Source: Candidatus Saccharimonadales bacterium (lineage in GTDB: Bacteria; Patescibacteriota; Saccharimonadia; QS-5-54-17). Taken from it: 64,000 nucleotides of DNA. Within the stretch, counting starts at the first letter, position 1, and each line of letters starts with the position of its first letter. The DNA lies in the NCBI GenBank assembly GCA_040903985.1, contig JBBDUI010000002.1:454038-518037 (forward strand), given 5' to 3'. The position numbers were made by a program, and so were the translations under genes. Of the stretch, positions 48,124-57,354 are shown piece after piece. The notes below the pieces were generated by a model that saw only the letters and a program-made list of their open reading frames with translations, was not told the origin of the DNA and ran no database searches.

Positions 48124-48882
48124 ATGGCAAAAACGATTCTCAAAGTCGACAATCTAGTTAAACACTACAGCGATATCACAGCGGTAGATGGTGTTAGTTT
48201 TACGGTTAAGGCCGGAGAGGTGTTTGGGATCTTAGGGCCGAACGGTGCCGGCAAGACGACTACCTTAGAGATGATCGAGACGATTCGCGAGATCGATGGG
48301 GGCACTGCCGTACTGGACGGTTTGAATGTAGCCGAGCAGCCACAGCAGGTTAAAGAGATTATTGGTGTTCAGCCTCAGACCCCTTCCTTTGAAGAGAAAA
48401 CTAAACTAACTGAACTGCTTGAGTTTTTCGCCTCTACTTATGGGCGGCGAGTCGACCCACTTGCTCTCTTAGAAGAGGTTCAACTGGCGGAGAAGGCTCA
48501 GAGCTACCCAGAGAAGCTCTCCGGCGGGCAACGACAACGCTTTTCGATCGCCACAGCCTTAGTTAATCAGCCTAAGGTACTCTTCTTAGATGAACCGACT
48601 ACCGGACTTGACCCACAGGCGCGACGCAATCTTTGGGGTTTAATTCGCGAGATTAAGGCGCGGGGCGTAACAGTTATCTTAACTACGCACTATATGGAAG
48701 AAGCGGAGAAGTTGTGCGATCGGGTGGCCATCATGGACAATGGCCGCATCATCGCACTCGATACGCCGAAAAAGCTGGTGGCAGATCTACTCAAGCGTGG
48801 TTTTAAGAAAGAGCAACACGTCGAACAGGCCGACCTTGAGGATGTCTTTATCGACCTGACCGGGAAGGATCTACGCGAATGA
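48124..48882 (+). CDS. ABC transporter ATP-binding protein (start moved to MAKTIL, downstream of the terminator)
   Basis: Walker A GPNGAGKTT, signature LSGGQRQR, Walker B LFLDEPTTGLD. The track start 48067 lies inside the upstream terminator. Confidence 0.85.
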   Translation: MAKTILKVDNLVKHYSDITAVDGVSFTVKAGEVFGILGPNGAGKTTTLEMIETIREIDGGTAVLDGLNVAEQPQQVKEIIGVQPQTPSFEEKTKLTELLEFFASTYGRRVDPLALLEEVQLAEKAQSYPEKLSGGQRQRFSIATALVNQPKVLFLDEPTTGLDPQARRNLWGLIREIKARGVTVILTTHYMEEAEKLCDRVAIMDNGRIIALDTPKKLVADLLKRGFKKEQHVEQADLEDVFIDLTGKDLRE

Positions 48883-49991
48883 TTAAGCGCAGTCTACTAC
48901 CTATACTAACTTTTGCTAAGATCGATATTAAGCGGCTGTTTCGGGATAAGGTCGGCATCTTTTTCGTCTTCATCTTCCCGCTTATCTTTCTATTGGTTTT
49001 CGGTGGCCTCTTCGGCCAGGACTCCGGCGTTTCTTTCAATATCGCCCTCATTAATCAGTCCGAGAGCGAATTTGCACAAGACTTCACTGAGCAGCTGGAA
49101 GAGAATGAGATATTTAAGGTTTCCGAGGAGGTGACCGACATAGATACCGCCCAAGAGGAGATGAGTCGTGGCACGATCGACGCCCTAGTAGTGCTAACGA
49201 GTGGCTTCGGTGCAATCCGACCTAGTGATGGCTCTCCGAGTGGTCAGGTTGAGGTAACGTATGATAAGGGCAATGAACAGGCCGGCGTAGCTCTCGGCTC
49301 GATTCTCGAGAGCATTTTCGCCGATATTAATGCCGAGCTAGTGCCGATCGAAACGCCATTTAGTGTAGCAACCGCACCGACTGCGCGTGAAGGCCTGACG
49401 AGTTTAGACTATATTTTCTCTGGTCTCTTAGGGTTTACTATTCTTTCACTCGGTATCTTCGGTCCTACCACTGTCTTTCCCCGCATGAAGGAGAAGGGCA
49501 TCCTGCGGCGTTATCAGACTACGCCGATTAAGGTCTGGCAGTACTTTGCCGGTAATGTGCTCAGTAATGCCGCCGTCGGAGTGATGGCGATCGGGGTGAT
49601 GTTTACTACCGCCCTGCTATTCTTCAACGTCAGTATGCGCGGCGACTACATTAGTCTAGTCTTACTAGCTATTCTCGGTACCATAGTGCTGTTCGGTGTG
49701 GGGCTAGCTGCCGGTGGTTGGGCCAAGAATGAGAATCAGGCCGCTCCGCTGGCAAACCTGATCGCATTCCCGATGATGTTCTTAAGTGGGGTTTTCTTCC
49801 CGCGTTTTCTAATGCCCGAGTGGTTACAAACGGTTTCCGGCTTCTTTCCACTTACACCACTAGTCGATGGTTTACGTCTAATCATCACCGAGGGTCGGAC
49901 GATTCTTGAGCTCGGTCTCGAAGTTGGCTTGCTGGCCGTCTGGGCGGTAGTGATCTACGCTATCGCTTTCCGCGTTTTCCGCTGGGAGTAG
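48879..49991 (+). CDS. ABC-2 type transporter permease
   Basis: N-terminal TM, an extracytoplasmic loop, and a C-terminal 5-TM bundle. 4-nt overlap with the ATPase gene. Confidence 0.7.
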   Translation: MIKRSLLPILTFAKIDIKRLFRDKVGIFFVFIFPLIFLLVFGGLFGQDSGVSFNIALINQSESEFAQDFTEQLEENEIFKVSEEVTDIDTAQEEMSRGTIDALVVLTSGFGAIRPSDGSPSGQVEVTYDKGNEQAGVALGSILESIFADINAELVPIETPFSVATAPTAREGLTSLDYIFSGLLGFTILSLGIFGPTTVFPRMKEKGILRRYQTTPIKVWQYFAGNVLSNAAVGVMAIGVMFTTALLFFNVSMRGDYISLVLLAILGTIVLFGVGLAAGGWAKNENQAAPLANLIAFPMMFLSGVFFPRFLMPEWLQTVSGFFPLTPLVDGLRLIITEGRTILELGLEVGLLAVWAVVIYAIAFRVFRWE

Positions 49992-49995
49992 GTCA

Positions 49996-50952
49996 ATGAG
50001 TATCTGGCAACAACTACCCCGACCATTCTTTATCCTCGCTCCGATGGACGATGTAACCGATACTGTATTTCGCCGTTTAATCGCCGAAACAGCCGCACCA
50101 GACCTATTTTTTACTGAGTTTGCCAATGCTGACGGTCTGCAGAGCCCGGGTCGCAAGGCGGTAGAGAAGAAGCTACAGTTTACTTCCAGTGAACAGCCAT
50201 TGATTGCTCAGATCTGGGGCAAGAAGCCGGAGAGCTACTTCCAAACTGCTCGGGAGCTGGCCGAACGTGGTTTTGCCGGCATCGACCTCAACATGGGCTG
50301 CCCGGTGCGAGCTGTGGTGAAGAACGGTTGCTGCTCGGCCCTGATCGATGACCGAGTACTAGCGGCTGAACTGATTGCCGCTACCAAGGAGGGAGCTGGA
50401 GAGCTGCCGGTAAGTGTGAAGACTCGTCTTGGTTTTAAGCGGGTCCAGACTGAAGATTGGTGTGGCTGGCTGCTGGAGCAGGGTATCGCTGCTTTAACCG
50501 TACACGGTCGCATCGCTGTCGAGCAGTCGAAGTATCCAGCTCAGTGGGATGAGATAGCTAAAGTCGTGAAGCTACGAGATGAAATGGACCGGGAGACACC
50601 GATTATCGGCAACGGCGATGTGACTTCACGCACTTACGGCGAGGAGCTGGTTCGCCAAACTGGAGTCGATGGCATCATGATCGGTCGCGGTATCTTCCGT
50701 GATCCATGGGTGTTTGCACCAACTCCCGTATCGCCGACACCGGTCGAACGCATTGATCTGCTTTTGCGTCACCTCGAGCTGTGGGAAGAAACCTGGGGAG
50801 AGATGAAACCGTTCGAAGTCATGAAGAAGTTCTTCAAAATCTATATCTCTGACTGGGAGGGCGCAGCTAAGATTCGAGCACATCTTATGGAGCTGACCAC
50901 TCTGGATGAAGTAGTGGTGTATCTACAGAGCATGCGGCAACAGCTTATTTAG
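49996..50952 (+). CDS. dus: tRNA-dihydrouridine synthase (Dus family, FMN TIM barrel)
   Basis: FILAPMDDVTDTVFRRL N-terminus, the catalytic Cys region NMGCP, and GVDGIMIGRG near the C-terminus. Confidence 0.8.
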   Translation: MSIWQQLPRPFFILAPMDDVTDTVFRRLIAETAAPDLFFTEFANADGLQSPGRKAVEKKLQFTSSEQPLIAQIWGKKPESYFQTARELAERGFAGIDLNMGCPVRAVVKNGCCSALIDDRVLAAELIAATKEGAGELPVSVKTRLGFKRVQTEDWCGWLLEQGIAALTVHGRIAVEQSKYPAQWDEIAKVVKLRDEMDRETPIIGNGDVTSRTYGEELVRQTGVDGIMIGRGIFRDPWVFAPTPVSPTPVERIDLLLRHLELWEETWGEMKPFEVMKKFFKIYISDWEGAAKIRAHLMELTTLDEVVVYLQSMRQQLI

Positions 50953-50972
50953 CGGTAGTTTCTATTTATGGC

Positions 50973-51617
50973 TTAACTGCTACCGAACAGCTCATTAAAC
51001 ATCTTCGGATCATCAAGGGCATCTAGATCGCTGCTCTCTGCTGCGACCAATCTATCTTCATACAACCTTCTCGCCCCTACTAGTCCAGCTTCAGCTACCA
51101 GCCCGATCCCGGCTCTAAATTGAGGAAAGTAGCGAGCTAGCTCTCGTCCTAGCACTATGCATTCTCTGGATTCGATGATTGGATAGGCCGCGCTGAGACT
51201 AGCTTCGCAGGATGTCTGCCCATCCAGTAATATCGCATCGACCTGACTGATTAATTCGTCACCGTCCATACTGTAGTCGAGTCTAAGGGGCGGGGCTTCA
51301 GTTTTCACAGCCTTAGCTTGTTGGCTAAAGAGTGACTGGTTGGCCGGGAACTGGGCTGATACCATCTCATGACCAGCATAGACACCAAGGAGAAAAGCTT
51401 GCGCCCGTTCAGGGTTGGTGTCGGGCCCGGCGAAGCCCCTTGCTAGCACCCGAGCGATCTCATGACAGAGCGTATATAGTTGAGGATTCGTGTGGCGTAG
51501 ATTGTATTCTGCGGCCGTTAGAAATGCACTTCGGTTGACGGCAGCCTTATCTAGGGTGATCTCGGCAGTTGAAGCCGTGATCTCAATATCATTTGAGCTG
51601 GCAAACTGTTCGTGCAT
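50973..51617 (-). CDS. hypothetical protein
   Basis: ORF of 214 aa. Confidence 0.4.
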   Translation of the reverse strand: MHEQFASSNDIEITASTAEITLDKAAVNRSAFLTAAEYNLRHTNPQLYTLCHEIARVLARGFAGPDTNPERAQAFLLGVYAGHEMVSAQFPANQSLFSQQAKAVKTEAPPLRLDYSMDGDELISQVDAILLDGQTSCEASLSAAYPIIESRECIVLGRELARYFPQFRAGIGLVAEAGLVGARRLYEDRLVAAESSDLDALDDPKMFNELFGSS

Positions 51618-51761
51618 AGTATCTTCCTTGACTATATTTTACAGTATACGTCAACCAGCTGACAAAGCTTAGGGAAGTTCATCTTGTGTGCAAGATAGCG
51701 AAACCAGTAAGTGTAGATAAAAACTATCCCGCTCTTAGGCGGGTGTGGGTGGGATAAGTGT

Positions 51762-51837
51762 GGTGGGGGTGGCTGGAATCGAACCAGCGACCAATTAGTT
51801 ATGAGCCAACTGCTCTAACCGCTGAGCTACACCCCCG
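51762..51837 (-). tRNA. tRNA with CAU anticodon (elongator Met or Ile2/lysidine type), CCA encoded
   Basis: Reverse complement folds as a cloverleaf. Acceptor GGGGGTG/CACCCCC, anticodon stem GTTGG/CTAAT, loop CTCATAA, T arm GCTGG-TTCGATT-CCAGC. Confidence 0.8.
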
Positions 51838-51904
51838 TGTAAACTTTGTCTACCCCAAAAGTATAGCAAACAGCTGCTATACTTTTGATAGATAGGTAGT
51901 AAAT

Positions 51905-52309
51905 ATGAAGAAATGGCTAGCTAAGTTCAAGTTCTCCCCTCGTCAGGCTGTAATGGTCGGTGTGTTGGTGCTACTAGGCTACGTAGCCTTCTCTACCTTG
52001 AATGTCATCGCCCGCAACTACCAGCTGCAGCAGCGCATGGATGAGTTAGCAGCGGAGAATGAGATTCTAGAGCTAGAGAACCGACAACTCGAGTATGAGT
52101 TAGCCTACTACCAGACTGATGCCTTTACCGAACTGGAAGCTCGAGCAAAGTTGGAGTTGCAGGCACCGGGGGAAAAGGTAGTGATATTTCCAGATCGTAT
52201 TCCTGAGCCGGCCGGCCCGCCCCAACCGGAGCCAGAGCCGACCTTCACCCAGACGTTAGCCGATAACGTTCGGGAGTGGCTGTATTTTCTGTTTCGGATA
52301 GAGACTTAA
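51905..52309 (+). CDS. septum formation initiator family protein (FtsB/DivIC-like)
   Basis: Short cytoplasmic N-terminus, a TM segment, a coiled coil (QLQQRMDELAAENEILELENRQLEYEL), and a Pro-rich tail. Confidence 0.55.
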   Translation: MKKWLAKFKFSPRQAVMVGVLVLLGYVAFSTLNVIARNYQLQQRMDELAAENEILELENRQLEYELAYYQTDAFTELEARAKLELQAPGEKVVIFPDRIPEPAGPPQPEPEPTFTQTLADNVREWLYFLFRIET

Positions 52310-52572
52310 GCTAAGCCTAGTGCTGCATCGATCTTCGGCTTGTCGAAGCCGAGTACTTGCTCAGTAGAGCCGTCGTCTTTCTCTATGATGGCAAACGGTA
52401 CGCCAAGCTGACCGCTCTTCTCGTATAGTTCTTTCGCAAGGAGCTGATCCTCATCGGCCCGCTTCTCATCAAACGTGACATCGTGCTCGCTCAAGTAGTT
52501 CTTGAGCATGTGGCAGTAGGCACAGGTAGCGGTGGTATAGATAGTGACTTTAGACATATTGTTCTCCTTCAA
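52306..52572 (-). CDS. glutaredoxin-like protein (NrdH/Grx family)
   Basis: VTIYTTATCAYCHMLKNYL has a CxxC motif at the start of a thioredoxin fold. About 88 aa. Confidence 0.65.
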   Translation of the reverse strand: MKENNMSKVTIYTTATCAYCHMLKNYLSEHDVTFDEKRADEDQLLAKELYEKSGQLGVPFAIIEKDDGSTEQVLGFDKPKIDAALGLA

Positions 52573-52577
52573 CTTAA

Positions 52578-52901
52578 TTATTTGCTTGAGATAAGCTTAG
52601 TAACTTCTTCTACTAGTTCATCTTCACAGCGGAGTAGATAGCATATCTTTTGGCCGGTGCGCTGCTTATCGACCAAACCGAGTCGTTCGAAGTGACGGAA
52701 GTGTTGGGATACGGCCGATATTGAAATATCCAGCTCGGCGGCAATCTCACCGACACAGCGGTCGGAGCCATCAAGTAGTAGTTTAAATATCTTGTACCGG
52801 GTCGCATCACCTAGTAGCTGCATAGTGAATATCAGCCGCTCATCTTGCGGGGTGAGGGTTATTGTAGATTGGTCGCTAACTATTGGGTTCATAATTAGCA
52901 T
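52578..52901 (-). CDS. ArsR/SmtB-family HTH transcriptional regulator
   Basis: LGDATRYKIFKLL...VGEIAAELDISISAVSQHFRHFERLGLV winged-HTH signature. Confidence 0.7.
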   Translation of the reverse strand: MLIMNPIVSDQSTITLTPQDERLIFTMQLLGDATRYKIFKLLLDGSDRCVGEIAAELDISISAVSQHFRHFERLGLVDKQRTGQKICYLLRCEDELVEEVTKLISSK

Positions 52902-52995
52902 TTTAGCAACTACTTAAATATATGACAAGGAGCTGCTCGTAACTTATACGCCGTAGGGCTAGTACTCTACCGGGTGGTGGATAAATTTCTGTGAG

Positions 52996-53598
52996 TCAGT
53001 CAGTTTTATCGGCAAAGACGACTAGCCGGTCCGCGTAGGTTTGGCCCTGTTCATTCCAGGCGCCAGTGCAGGTAATAAGGTTTAGGTGTTGACCAGCTTT
53101 GCTACGAAATACTTCATCAGGTCGGTCATCTTGGGCGTAGGTCTTGATTTTCATGACAGTGAAATGTACGTTCTGGCCCTGTTCGTCTACCACTGAGAAG
53201 TGTTCACCGATCTGCAGCTTATGTAGATTAGCAAATACACCAGGTGTCTTCAGTCCGCCTACGTGACCGGCGATGACAGCGTTGCCCTCATCCCCAGGAT
53301 GCGAGCCGTACTGGTACCAGCCTGCATCTGAGAGCTTCTCGGGTGCCTCCATGTCGCCATCGCTAGTCAGTCCGACGTGTGCTATATCGGCATCTATACT
53401 GAGAGTCGGGATTAGGAGGCGGGTAGGTTTGCTGTGAATGACTCCAGGTGACTCCATTATAGCTTCGGTCTCAGGAGGGATATCGAGACTTACTGCCGAA
53501 GCGGGCGGGTTATCGCTGCTAAGCAGTGTACTCAGTACAGCGATTCCGACTACCAGCCCTACCAGTAAAATACGCTTCAATTTTACCGGCTTCTTCAT
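52996..53598 (-). CDS. sortase family transpeptidase (class E/F-like)
   Basis: N-terminal TM, a conserved His (VIAGHVGG), and the active-site motif LNLITCTG. Confidence 0.75.
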   Translation of the reverse strand: MKKPVKLKRILLVGLVVGIAVLSTLLSSDNPPASAVSLDIPPETEAIMESPGVIHSKPTRLLIPTLSIDADIAHVGLTSDGDMEAPEKLSDAGWYQYGSHPGDEGNAVIAGHVGGLKTPGVFANLHKLQIGEHFSVVDEQGQNVHFTVMKIKTYAQDDRPDEVFRSKAGQHLNLITCTGAWNEQGQTYADRLVVFADKTD

Positions 53599-53609
53599 AG
53601 TTCTAAGGA

Positions 53610-54450
53610 TTAGCGGTTAGTAAGGCGGTCTGACTTGTGAACAGCGTAACCAACTACTGCTAGCACGAAGAATATGGCCAGTAAATTCACGGCTGTTGTC
53701 TCGTCAGTCTCTGCGGTAATGCTAGTGTCCGGTAATCCCGGTGTAGCCGATGCATCAGCAGTAGCTGTACATGTCGGCCCAGTGATGGTGTTGCTGTCTA
53801 AGGTGATTTCGGCGGTACCATCAAGTGCGCGGCCATCGAGTGTGGCACCGGTGGCGAAAGTTATGCTAGTACTAGCCAGAACGTTGCCGACAAACTCAGT
53901 ACCTGCGTCAAATGTAGCGCTGCTGACCACACGCCACCAGACGTTACACGCTTGACCGCCGCCGGTAAAGACGATGTTAGCGGTACTTCCAGTGGTCACC
54001 AAGCTGCTGGCTGATTTGAAGATCCAGACGTCGGTAGCCGCACCGTTGAGGGTAAGGGTTCCAGTAAGCTCAAAAGCATCGGCACAGTAGACACCCGCTA
54101 CCAAGTTCTCTCCGACCAAATCCTTGGTACCGGCATAGGTGGTATCACAGGTCTGTGAGCCGAGGGCAGTAAAGGCTGCACCACGGTCGGCTTGAGCAGA
54201 AAGAGCCGTGCCATTAGCATCGTGAACTGTACCGCCCAAGGTGACGCTGCCGAAACCAGTGGTATGAGGGGCTGATGCCGACATTACCACTGATAGTAGT
54301 GGGTCCGGTATTGGTGACCTCAGAGCCGGCTAGTATGGAGAAGCTAGCGGCTGTTCCGAGTCCTGGTGAAGTGGCAGCTTGGGCGACTGGGACTAGAGTA
54401 ACGAACGTTAATATTATCGAAGCGATACTGAGTTTCAAAAGAGCTTTCAT
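53610..54450 (-). pseudogene. ice-binding-like (DUF3494) surface protein with LPDTS + TM + basic tail sorting signal, split by a frameshift at a G4/C4 run near 54267-54270
   Basis: ORF 54214-54450 carries a signal peptide plus AASFSILAGSEVTNTGPTTISGNVGISP. ORF 53610-54290 continues HTTGFGSVTLGGTVHDANG... in another frame. Deleting one C from CCCC restores GNVGISPHTTGFG. The C-terminus is LPDTS...LLAIFFVLAVVGYAVHKSDR. Confidence 0.5.
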
Positions 54451-54623
54451 GTAGTATATTCATTTCTAGTATCTGCTTATGTATATTGTTAGTTTAATTC
54501 TACCTCTTTTCTGGTATTTTCTCAATTTAATTGATCGATGAATATAACAAAACAAGTAGCCCCACAGAATCAATTTCTACTAGCCAAGAGCGTAGTTAAT
54601 GGAAAGCGGGCTGAGAGGGCACT

Positions 54624-55139
54624 CTACTGCTCTTTAATGAGCTTGACTGCCGCCCTACAAGTACTATCAAGCCTATCTAGAATGGGTACATTAGGACAGT
54701 CCTGGGAGAAGCGCCTACGAATGTACCTTTCGTTACCAAAACCTTTTTCAATTCCTACTACTAGGTTAATCCCGTCTCTCTCATGCTTGAGCTTAGCCTC
54801 AGCTAGTTCAAACCTTGATGTTTGAGCGTAAGCTCTAGAAAATCCTCTCTCATCTGGATCTCCGGCTTCGGCCTGACATGCCAGCCAAAACATTACTGCG
54901 CCAGTTTTAGCTGCGCGTTTAAGGTATTCCGTCTCCCAGTCGACTTGTTTTTCGTATACAAACGTACCTTCTGGGTATTCTCTTCTCGGCGAAGCAATAG
55001 TAATCCCGGATGTAATACCACTAATGATATCAATGGCTTTCTCCTGCCAATCTTCTGCGCCTTGTATCGGTCCGGCTAGGAATAGAACGGGAGTCTCAGT
55101 ATTTACGATCTCAGGCGGTTTGATTACTTCTGTAGCCAT
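54624..55139 (-). CDS. hypothetical protein, possibly nucleoside 2-deoxyribosyltransferase-like fold (start moved to M12)
   Basis: PVLFLAGPIQGAEDW and a later T..FELAEA resemble the NDT/Rcl family G-rich loop and catalytic Glu region. Weak. Confidence 0.3.
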   Translation of the reverse strand: MATEVIKPPEIVNTETPVLFLAGPIQGAEDWQEKAIDIISGITSGITIASPRREYPEGTFVYEKQVDWETEYLKRAAKTGAVMFWLACQAEAGDPDERGFSRAYAQTSRFELAEAKLKHERDGINLVVGIEKGFGNERYIRRRFSQDCPNVPILDRLDSTCRAAVKLIKEQ

Positions 55140-55300
55140 TAAACTGAGTATAGCAAAGAGGTAGCTATACATAGATAAGATTCGGTCTAGGAACCGGGTC
55201 TTCGGTGATAAGTGTCCAACTTGGTAGACGCGATTGTATTCGAACTTTGTTCGCTAGCGGCCTAATATAGGCAATCTGCACTTAAGGGTTAGCGATAGGG

Positions 55301-55957
55301 ATGGGTCTAGAACTGTATAATAGTAGCATGATAAAAGTGTCATATGTAGAAATCAGCCAGAAAGATAAGAGCCGCATAGAGGTGGCTCTGCCAATATGGC
55401 TACAAGAGGTGAGAGAACTCCTGCCACAGGTACCTGAAGTTATAGAAGTCATCTTCGATAATCAATATCTTATCAAGATTACCGGTACGGGTGGATTTGC
55501 CTTAGATAAGGATAAGATCGCACTAGCATTTGACCCTGCTTTCACTAACAAGAATTTACAGTTCAATAATCTGCGCGGAAGCTTCTATCATGAGTGCTTC
55601 CACTTAGTACAAGGCTGGGTGGGTGGAGTAGCCGGAGGCGAGATATCGGCTATCGAGGATGCTTTAATGGAAGGTTCGGCCACTGTTTTCGAGCGGGAAC
55701 GTACAGGTACAAAGCCGCCTTGGAGCGACTATTCCGATATAAAGAATATAGATGAGAAGTTGGCTACGATTAAAGAGTTAGGAGCTAACTATGATTGGCA
55801 GAAGTGGAAGTTCTATGACCCCGAGACTAATACACGTTGGATACTGTATAAAGTAGGTGTTTACCTTACCGAGAAAATCTTGGATAATAACCCAGAATTA
55901 ACTATTGAGGATGTAGCTGGCATGAAGGTTGCGGGTATGCTTGATGCTGCCGATTGA
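55301..55957 (+). CDS. predicted Zn-dependent metallopeptidase (HExxH; DUF2268-like)
   Basis: FYHECFHLVQG contains HExxH with a downstream Glu (MEGSA). Confidence 0.4.
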   Translation: MGLELYNSSMIKVSYVEISQKDKSRIEVALPIWLQEVRELLPQVPEVIEVIFDNQYLIKITGTGGFALDKDKIALAFDPAFTNKNLQFNNLRGSFYHECFHLVQGWVGGVAGGEISAIEDALMEGSATVFERERTGTKPPWSDYSDIKNIDEKLATIKELGANYDWQKWKFYDPETNTRWILYKVGVYLTEKILDNNPELTIEDVAGMKVAGMLDAAD

Positions 55958-55983
55958 TCCATTTCTTTATGTATACTTAACCC

Positions 55984-56444
55984 ATGAATAATCTAGATGA
56001 TTACGCCGTAGATTTATACGAAAACTATGAAGCTGGAGTTCGGAAGCTGGCCGAACTAGTTGCTAACAAGAAAGTGGTCGGTGTGGGCGAATCGACGCAT
56101 GGAACTCATGAATTCTTCCAGCTCAAAGCTGATTTGTTTGTGGAGCTTCACCAAAAACAAACCTGGCTAGCTAACAACATTTATGGGAGAATTGCTTCAT
56201 GGGTCACTATGCTAGCGAAATGGATCCAAATTGGGGAGAACCGACAGCTTCTGAGAGCAAGCTCGCAGAGGTACCGGAAGAAATCAGGGAGTTGGCGCAG
56301 TGCCTTTTTAGGGGGTTTGATAGCATGGCGCATTTGGACTCAATCAATGCAGAGCACGGTATCAGAGTTGCCGCTGCCATCGATGCGCTTGTACAGAAAA
56401 GGATAGTTGAAGCTCTAGCGCAAACTACGAAAGCTCACGATTAG
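55984..56444 (+). pseudogene. short gene remnant in two frames; N-terminal part resembles the start of erythromycin-esterase-like (Ere/ChaN-type) proteins
   Basis: VVGVGESTHGTHEFF resembles the VVALGE.SH motif. The reading frame shifts near 56199, and the combined length is far shorter than family members. Confidence 0.25.
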
Positions 56445-56463
56445 AAACGTTCTCAACTGAGAC

Positions 56464-56499
56464 AAACAGAAACCACCCATCTCTGGGTGGTTTCTGTTT
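56464..56499. terminator. strong hairpin closing the minus-strand candidate defence operon (bidirectional)
   Basis: AAACAGAAACCACCCA-TCTC-TGGGTGGTTTCTGTTT, a 16-bp perfect stem between convergent genes. Confidence 0.55.
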
Positions 56500-56666
56500 A
56501 CTTGGTAGAGCAGACAGGTCTGGAACCCCCAACAGAGGTAAATGAGACAAATGAGACACCTAAAAAAGGCTTGTCTCAAAAAGTTGGCTCTTAGGTTAAA
56601 ATATAGCGTAAGAAGTTTACGTATGAAACTGACTAAAAACGATTTCAACTCACTACAATACCTAAG

Positions 56667-57338
56667 CTAGCTTACCATTGGTTCAGTTCCATTTTCTTCA
56701 ACTATTTCCATAGTGATCTCGTTTGCTACAAGATCTTTATAAAGCCACGGCCAGTCATCCAGCTTATTTTTTGTAGCTTGTTCAATTCGGTCTATTTCCT
56801 CATTGTATTTGTCTTTAAGTCTTTGGTAGTTAGTTTCTGCTCGATTGCGCAGGTCGCCGGTTTCCGCTAACCTTGGTTTTGCGTATTCCAGGTAAGACTT
56901 TTTAAAGTCTTCGTATAGAAAATCTGGGTTTATTATTACCAACTTTTTGTCAGCATATCTCACTAAATGAGTATCATCCCTGTCGCCACGCCTAGTTATG
57001 CCTACCTTACCCTTTGTTACAAAACTGTGAGCAATACCATTTCTAATCAATTCTCTTCCTATGATTCCGAAGGCCTCGTACCTCGAGTCAATATTTTTCA
57101 GATAATTCTTACAGTAGTGTTCGAAAGCAAACGAACCATTAACTTCTTGGCCTTCCTGTGGCTGGCGTAATAAGAAGCCAAGAAATTCGATACCCGAACA
57201 GAGAGCGCTTGTCATTAAATATGAAGCATTACCTGGGTGATTATCCCTAGGGATTTTGTCTTTGATAGTTTTAATGTCGCTAAGTAGATAGCCGTCAATA
57301 TATTTATCAAGAAAGCTATCAAGTATATTTATCTGCAT
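56667..57338 (-). CDS. hypothetical protein with R-x4-H (HEPN-like) motif; candidate effector
   Basis: IGRELIRNGIAHSF contains RNxxxH as in HEPN RNase active sites. Otherwise unrecognised. Confidence 0.35.
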   Translation of the reverse strand: MQINILDSFLDKYIDGYLLSDIKTIKDKIPRDNHPGNASYLMTSALCSGIEFLGFLLRQPQEGQEVNGSFAFEHYCKNYLKNIDSRYEAFGIIGRELIRNGIAHSFVTKGKVGITRRGDRDDTHLVRYADKKLVIINPDFLYEDFKKSYLEYAKPRLAETGDLRNRAETNYQRLKDKYNEEIDRIEQATKNKLDDWPWLYKDLVANEITMEIVEENGTEPMVS

Positions 57339-57354
57339 TAGCTATAAGTATAGC

